Positions 18,581 through 25,100 of a DNA stretch of 64,000 nt are shown here, in pieces. Where the stretch lies: NCBI GenBank assembly GCA_964291265.2, contig OZ219747.1:1024001-1088000 (forward strand), given 5' to 3'. How positions within the stretch are numbered: the first letter of the stretch is position 1; each line of letters opens with the position of its first letter. Origin of the DNA: Alphaproteobacteria bacterium. GTDB lineage: Bacteria > Pseudomonadota > Alphaproteobacteria > SP197. A program made the position numbers and the translations under genes. The notes under the pieces were generated by a model. The model was given only the letters and a program-made list of their open reading frames with translations. It made no database searches and was not told the DNA's origin.

Positions 18581-19633
18581 ATGACGAAACGCACCCTCTA
18601 CCTCGCCCACCCGCTCGGGTTCTCAACCCTGACGGCGGGCGGACCTCTCGCCAGCCTCGTCACGGCCCTCGAGGGCCTCGGGGCTGTGGTCCGCGAGCCG
18701 TTCGCCGATGCGAAAGACGTGGCCGCGCCAGTGCCCGGATGGGCCTGGACGGCGGCCCGGGACAACGTCGCGGCCGTGATGGGCGCGGACGGTGTCTTCG
18801 CCGTCGTCAACGGGGCGCCTCCCGACGAGGGCGTCATGATCGAGGTCGGAATGGCGATCGCCTGGCAGAAACCGCTCTTCCTGTTCCGCGACGATGTCCG
18901 CCGGTGTTCGGACAGCGGGGACTACCCGCTCAACCTGATGGCCTTCGCCGGGTATGACAGGACGGGCTGGCGGGACTACTGGTACGAGAGCCTCGAGGAC
19001 CTGGCCGATCCGTCGAGGGGCCTCGCGCGCTGGATTGCCGGGGAGGATGTCCCCGGCAGCGTTGGCGCGCCGCGTGGGGTGGACTGGCGGGCGCGGTCCA
19101 GCATTCGCTCGATGCCGGCCTGGCCGTGCCCGCGGGAGGGCGGCGATGACGATCCCGACCTGCCCGCGTGCATGCTGGTGGCCCTGCACGCGGCGGCGGT
19201 CGGTGTTCGCTCTCCGGCCGACGTGTGGAGCAACCCGACATCCGACGAGATCAACCACGTCACGGTCTGTCTGGAGCGAGATCACCTCTTCGGATGCCGG
19301 TTCGCCGACCCGGGGCGGCGGCACTACCGCCTCGGGTCGCACGACATCACGGTCTGCCCGGGGGAGGCGGAATACGCGTGGGCGGCGCTGGACCGGCGAC
19401 ATGAGATCGAGGGGTCGTTCACCGCGGTCGGCGACTACGAGGCGGCATGGTCGGCCATTGCCGACCTGCCGATCGGCGGCGTGATCCGTCGACGGATCGA
19501 CGGCGGGGACTGGATGCACACGCAGGGCACGGGGTGGTGGCGCGCGGTGAGCATGGCGGTCAATCAACACCGCCACTGGTGGTTGATGCGGGGCGAGGTG
19601 GCGGCGTTGCGGGCTGCAAAGAACAGGCCATGA
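18581..19633 (+). CDS. Nucleoside 2'-deoxyribosyltransferase/N-glycosidase-family domain fused to an unknown C-terminal domain
   Basis: TLYLAHPLGFS, ADGVFAVVNGAPPDEGVMIEVGMAIAWQKP, PLNLM; RBS AGGAG; about 190 further residues unassigned. Confidence 0.8.
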   Translation: MTKRTLYLAHPLGFSTLTAGGPLASLVTALEGLGAVVREPFADAKDVAAPVPGWAWTAARDNVAAVMGADGVFAVVNGAPPDEGVMIEVGMAIAWQKPLFLFRDDVRRCSDSGDYPLNLMAFAGYDRTGWRDYWYESLEDLADPSRGLARWIAGEDVPGSVGAPRGVDWRARSSIRSMPAWPCPREGGDDDPDLPACMLVALHAAAVGVRSPADVWSNPTSDEINHVTVCLERDHLFGCRFADPGRRHYRLGSHDITVCPGEAEYAWAALDRRHEIEGSFTAVGDYEAAWSAIADLPIGGVIRRRIDGGDWMHTQGTGWWRAVSMAVNQHRHWWLMRGEVAALRAAKNRP

Positions 19634-19809
19634 CGAAGCGAACGCTCTGCCTCGCCAACCCGTTCGGGTTTTCCGCACTGGCGGCCTCTGGCCCGCTCAT
19701 CGGTCTCGTCGAGGACCTGGCCGATCGGTCCTGGGGCCTCGCGCGCTGGATTGCCGGGGAGGAAGTTGCCCTGGCGTCACGGCCCGGGACGGTGGCCCCT
19801 GATGTGTGA
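19630..19809 (+). pseudogene. Internally deleted duplicate of the deoxyribosyltransferase domain
   Basis: MTKRTLCLANPFGFSALAASGPLIGLV joins directly to EDLADRSWGLARWIAGE, i.e. both ends of the upstream domain without its catalytic core. Confidence 0.75.
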
Positions 19810-19905
19810 TCGCGCCGAACCCTCAGACGGCGCCTTGTGGCGGTGGTGGGCGCGGAACGCGGACGGCATCGGCGCCGCGGCGTCGGCTGCGTGAGGGCCG
19901 ACTGA

Positions 19906-20931
19906 ATGAAACGCGCGGGCAGGCGATGGCGGAAGCGGATGCGGTGGCGACGCCGACGGTCGGGGCGGTTGCTGTTCCTGTTGATGGCGGCGGCGGTGGC
20001 GGCGGCGCTCACCACGTCCGGCGCCTGGGATGATGTGAGGCGTGTGATGCGAGAGCGCTTCGACGGAACCCAGAGCGCCCTCCCGCCGGTAGTGGAGAGC
20101 GGGAACGGCCTCGTCGTGGGGCAGGCCGGCGGGGCCGGGACCGATACCTCCTCCCCCGCGGCCGACACTCCTCCCCTGGTCGGTCCGGCGCCGCCGGATG
20201 CGGCGGCCCGCGATCAGCCTGTCTTGTCCGCGGTCGTGCGTTCCCTGAAGGCCGGGTTGGGTCCGGCGTCGCCCTATGCCTGGTCGACGATGCTGGGAAC
20301 GGCCGGGAGCATGCGCGCCGCCGTGACCGACGGCGCCCGCGTGTGGTGGGTCCGCGAGGGCGATCACCTGCCGGGAGACTGGCAGGTGATCCGCATCGCC
20401 GTCCGGCCGCCCGGCGTCACCCTGCGCCATGGCATCACCGGCGAGGTGGCCCTGCCTCACGGCGGAGGGAGTGGTCAGAGGAGCGGTGGGGTCGTGCCGG
20501 CAAACGCGGCAGCAACGCTCTCCGGGTCCGCCCGGGTCGTCGACGGCGACACGCTCGATGTGGGTGGGACGCGGGTGCGCCTCCATGGCATCGACGCGCC
20601 GGAGAGCGGACAGCGGTGCCGTAGTGCGGGCCAGGCCTGGGCGTGTGGCCGCGAGGCCTCCCGCGCCCTCGCCGCGTTCATCGGATCGCGAGCCGTCGCG
20701 TGCCATGAGCGCGACCGGGATCGCTACGGCAGGGTGGTGGCGGTGTGCCGCCTCGATGGCCGGAACATGAACGCCTGGATGGTGGCGCAGGGCTGGGCGC
20801 TGGCCTACCGCCGCTACTCGCTGGACTACGTCCAGGCGGAGGCGGCGGCACGGGCCGCAAGGCGCGGCGTGTGGCGCGGCGAGGTGGTCGCGCCCTGGGA
20901 CTGGCGGCGCGGCACGCGGCTGGAACCATGA
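19906..20931 (+). CDS. Membrane-anchored thermonuclease (SNase) with an inserted PilP-like domain
   Basis: N-terminal TM segment; central block homologous to 62028-62849; C-terminal RVVDGDTL, RVRLHGIDAPE, DRYGRVVA, MVAQGWA, ARRGVW, PWDWR. Confidence 0.85.
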   Translation: MKRAGRRWRKRMRWRRRRSGRLLFLLMAAAVAAALTTSGAWDDVRRVMRERFDGTQSALPPVVESGNGLVVGQAGGAGTDTSSPAADTPPLVGPAPPDAAARDQPVLSAVVRSLKAGLGPASPYAWSTMLGTAGSMRAAVTDGARVWWVREGDHLPGDWQVIRIAVRPPGVTLRHGITGEVALPHGGGSGQRSGGVVPANAAATLSGSARVVDGDTLDVGGTRVRLHGIDAPESGQRCRSAGQAWACGREASRALAAFIGSRAVACHERDRDRYGRVVAVCRLDGRNMNAWMVAQGWALAYRRYSLDYVQAEAAARAARRGVWRGEVVAPWDWRRGTRLEP

Positions 20932-21102
20932 CGGCCGGTGCGGGCGTCATGGTGCGAATCCGAAACGGGGACAGTGGGCGGTGGTGGGCCGTGCGCGCCT
21001 TGGCATCACCGTCGTCGGCGATGGTGTTCCGGTGCCCTCGCGCGGGCGGTGCAGGTGCTGTAGTCTGGCGCCGACCGGGTTGGTCAGGGCGGAGACTGCG
21101 AC

Positions 21103-21420
21103 ATGGCGGACGAGGACGGAAGGTCGGACGAGAGGGCGGCCGCTTCCGAGAGCGGTTGGTCGGAGACCATGACCGTGGCGGAGGAGGATGCCTGGCTTGC
21201 CAGCATCGGGTTCCTCATCAGCAGCGGCGTGGAGGATGGCGAGGAGGGCCTCAGGTGGTTCCTCTGCGACGTGGAGGATGGCGTGCCGATCGGCGCCGGC
21301 TTTCCGTCGCGCGACGACGCCGTGGCGGCGGCGCGGATCACCGACGAGTGGCACGAGGCCGAGGTCCGTCTCCAGGAGGAGATCCGCGCCGAATTCGGCA
21401 TCGGCCCGGACGACGGCTGA
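21103..21420 (+). CDS. Small, very acidic hypothetical protein
   Basis: 105 aa, 28 Asp/Glu versus 7 Arg and no Lys (hand count); GGAG RBS. Confidence 0.6.
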   Translation: MADEDGRSDERAAASESGWSETMTVAEEDAWLASIGFLISSGVEDGEEGLRWFLCDVEDGVPIGAGFPSRDDAVAAARITDEWHEAEVRLQEEIRAEFGIGPDDG

Positions 21421-21422
21421 GG

Positions 21423-21755
21423 TCAGACGAGCGTCCCTTGTTCGGCGCCGGCGTCGGCTGGCGCCGGCGGGTCCTGGTCCCTTCCCTTCGCGGACTTTGT
21501 CGGCGGCGCCTTCTTCGGCGGCGCCTCGTTCCCGGCGATGATCCGGGAGATGGCGGCGAGCGACACGATGATGCCGTGTTCCTTGAGGGCGTCGCGGATC
21601 TGCTCGTGGGTTACACCTCGCCGGGCGGCGGAGACGATCTGCGGGGTCACCCGTTCGATGGCCTCGTCGGTGGTGATTGTCGGCGCCTCGAGGGCCGCCA
21701 GCCTGGCCTCGATGGCCGGGAAATCCATGTGTGCTTCGACGAAGGTGCGCACCAT
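21423..21755 (-). CDS. Small oriT-adjacent DNA-binding protein (StbA/MobC/TraK-like)
   Basis: Divergent from the relaxase; EAIERVTPQIVSAARRGVTHEQIRDALKEHGIIVSLAAISRII is helix-turn-helix-like. Confidence 0.55.
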   Translation of the reverse strand: MVRTFVEAHMDFPAIEARLAALEAPTITTDEAIERVTPQIVSAARRGVTHEQIRDALKEHGIIVSLAAISRIIAGNEAPPKKAPPTKSAKGRDQDPPAPADAGAEQGTLV

Positions 21756-22020
21756 GGCGTCGTGTCTCCCCTGTCTGCCACGCGTCTTCCTGCCGGACGC
21801 AGCGGATCAAGTCAACGCCTGACCCCGCCGGCTCCCGCCCCAGGCCATCGCCGAGTGCCGCGGAGGCCGCCCAGCCGGCAAACGACCGTCTCCCGCCACG
21901 GCGATCCCCAGGCGTCATGCCGGTCCGGCAGCCACCCAACCGCTCGCGCCGGCGGCGCATCTTCTGATCTGACTTGACCTTCTCGATTCCTGCCGTCATC
22001 CTCAAACCGGAACCAAACAG

Positions 22021-22050
22021 GGCTCCACACCACTTCACTAAAAGTGAGAA
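22021..22050 (-). promoter_or_regulatory. Candidate oriT nic site
   Basis: Minus strand TCACT-TTT-AGTGA hairpin followed by AGTGGTGT^GG, like the F-type (MOB-F) hairpin-GTGGGGTGT^GG layout; AT-rich intergenic region upstream of the relaxase. Confidence 0.5.
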
Positions 22051-22189
22051 AATTTACACAACGACGCGCGATGACGGCACAGATCCTGACAACAAGCACC
22101 CGACCAAGCCCTAGGGGAAGCGAGAACGTGCGCACGATCAACGGCTTGCGCCACGCCTCGCACAAGCGAGCCTGAAGCGGGAACGGCTC

Positions 22190-25100
22190 GTGGTCGCCAC
22201 CGTCAACGGCATGGCCGCCGCCACCTATTACCTGTCGGCCCAGAAGACGTGGAGGCGGGACGAATCGCGGGATGCAGGTGCATCGACGCTGACGCTGCCC
22301 GGTCTCGAGGACGGCGGCCAGGGCCGCGCCACGGGTGGCGGCAACGGGAGCGGATCCGGCGGACCGCAGTACCATCGAGGAGGCGCGGAGAGTGATGGCG
22401 GGCGGAGGAACCCGCAGGGGATGTCCGGTCTCGAGGGTGGCGGCCGGGGCCGTGCCACGGGCGGCAGCGGTGGGAGCGGATCCGGCGGACCGCAGTACTA
22501 CCAGGGCGGCGAGGAGCCTGATGGCGTGTGGTGGAACCCGCATGGAATGCTCGGTCTCGAGGACCGCGGCCTGGTCGGCGCCAGGGAATTCCGGCGGCTC
22601 TACGCCGGATACGATCCCTCGACCGGCGAGCGCCTCACCCGCAACACCGGATCCGAGGAGCGCTCGCCCGGCCTCGACATGACCTTCAGCGCCGACAAGA
22701 CCGTCTCCGCCCTGTGGGCGATCGCCGACGAGGAGACCCGGGCCGAGATCGAGGCGGCGCACAACGAGGCGGCGCGCAAGGCGCTGGACATGATCGTCGC
22801 CGAGCACTGCGCTTGGACGCGGATCCGGCCGAATGGCCGGGAGGTCATCTTCCGGAGGGCGAAGCTCTGCGGCGCGATGTTCCAGCACGGAACATCGCGT
22901 GACGGTGATCCACAGCTTCACACGCACTGCCTGATCTTCAACGTCACCCAGGCCGACGACGGGGTCTTCCGGTCGCACTACCGGCCTCCCGTCTTCCGCT
23001 GGCAGAAGGCGGCGGGCGCGGTCTACCGCAACGCCCTGGCGGGCGGGCTTCAGGACCGACTCAAGGTGACGATCGAGCGCTACGGCCGTGACGAGGCCTT
23101 CACCCGCATTGCCGGGGTTCCCGCGGAGCTGGTGGCGGAATGGTCGAAGCGGCGGCGGACCATCGCCGACATGGCGGAGTCCCTGGGCTTCGAAACCGCG
23201 GCCAACGCCGCGGCGGCTTCTGGCATCAACAGGGCGACGAGGAAGGCGAAGGTCGACGAGCTGGGCGGCGAACTGCGTCACGCCGCCTGGGCCATCGAGG
23301 CGGCGGCGCACATCGAGAACCGGCAGGAATTCGTCGAGGGTCTCGTCGGCCATGACATGTCGCTCACGGGCGACGACGTCGCCGCGGCCGTCGATCGCGT
23401 GGTGAAGATCCCCGACGACATCACGCGGCACGAAGCGGTGTTCCACCTGCAGGACGTCATCGAGCGGGCGATGAACGCGACCGCGGGAGTCTTCTCGCCG
23501 GGCGTGACGATGGCCACGGTCGACCAGGTGATGAGCGACAGCGATGTCGTCGAGCTGGGCATGCCGCCGGCCTCCCTCGAGGCGGGCGCCGGCATGACCC
23601 ACGCCCGTCTCTTCTCGACCGCCGATCTCATCCGCAAGGAGCGGGAGCTCGGCGCCATGGCCGGCGCCCTGGCGGAGGATCGGAGCCTCGCCATCGAGGC
23701 GGGCGTGATCGAGACGAGGCTCGGCGAACTGCGCCGCGACGGCTATCCGATCTCCGACGAGCAGGCGAAGGCGATCCGTTACGGCGCCGGCGCCGGGAGC
23801 GGCAAGCTGGCGATCATCGAGGGTGCTGCGGGCTCGGGAAAGACGACCACGCTGAGGCCGATCACCGATCTCCTGCAGGAGAAGGGATGCACGGTGATCG
23901 CCACCGCGGTGGCCTGGCGGACCGCGGTGGCGCTGGGCACCGACTGCGGCGTCGCTCCGTTTTCCGTCGATCGCCTGCTGCGCCGTGCGGCACGGGGCGA
24001 GGTCCATCTCGACGACAGGACCGTCATCGTGGTGGATGAAGCCGGGATGCTCTCGGTGCCCCAGGCCTGGCAGCTCCTGCGGCTCGCCAGGGAACACGGA
24101 TGCAAGGTGATCGCCGCCGGCGACACCCACCAGCACCAGCCGATCGGCGCCGGGCCCGGGCTGCGTTTGATGCGCGAAGCGGCGCGTGGCGTGCGGGTCG
24201 ACGAGATCCGCCGCCAGAAGGCGGATGTCGAGGACATCCTTGTCCAGGTCCACGGCCAGGACCCGCAGGACGTGCGCTACGCGCTCGGCATGATGAGCGC
24301 CGAAGAGAAACGGCGGGTCCTCGACGATTACGAGGCGATGCCGATCAGGCCCAAGGTCAAGCCATGGCAGATCGCGGTCTCGGAGGCCTTCCGAGACGGA
24401 AAGGCGGCCGATGCGATCGGTCTTCTCGCCGAGCGGGACCGGTTCGTTCTCGGTCGCGACCTCCAGGCGACGCTGGAGGAACTCGTCAACGACTGGGAGT
24501 GCTGGCGCCTCGAGAACCCGGACGGTGTCGCGACCGTCATCGCCCGCACCCACGACGAGGTGCAGGTGCTCTCCCACCTCATGCGCGAGAAGGTGCTGGC
24601 GAAGGTGGCGGGGTCGGACCGGCGGGTGGTGGTGCGGGCGTGCGGCGCCCGGGCGCAGGGCCGCGAGAAGGATCTCGAGATCGCGTGTGGCGACCTGCTG
24701 CGGATCGGCGCCCTGGTGTGGGAGAAGCGCCTCTTCAACGGCACCGTGGTCGCGGTGAAGGACATCACGGTCCACGACCAGGGGACGGAGGGCGAGAGGG
24801 TCGAGATCCACGCAAGGAGCGAGTACGGCGACGACGTTGCGTTCTTCGTCGACGAGCTGGTCGACTACCACGGCAAGGTGCGGCTCGATCACGGCTACGC
24901 CATGACCATCGCGTCCTCTCAGGGCCGCACCGTCGATGCGGCCTTCGTGCTGGCCGACGACCGGGCGCCGAAGCCGACCATCTACCCGGCGGTGACGCGC
25001 CACAGGGATCACCTGCGGCTCTACGTCAACCGTGCGCCGCTCGCCGAAGCGGTGCGGGAGAAGCGCTCGGAGGACCTGGTCGGCACGCAAGTGAGCGACG

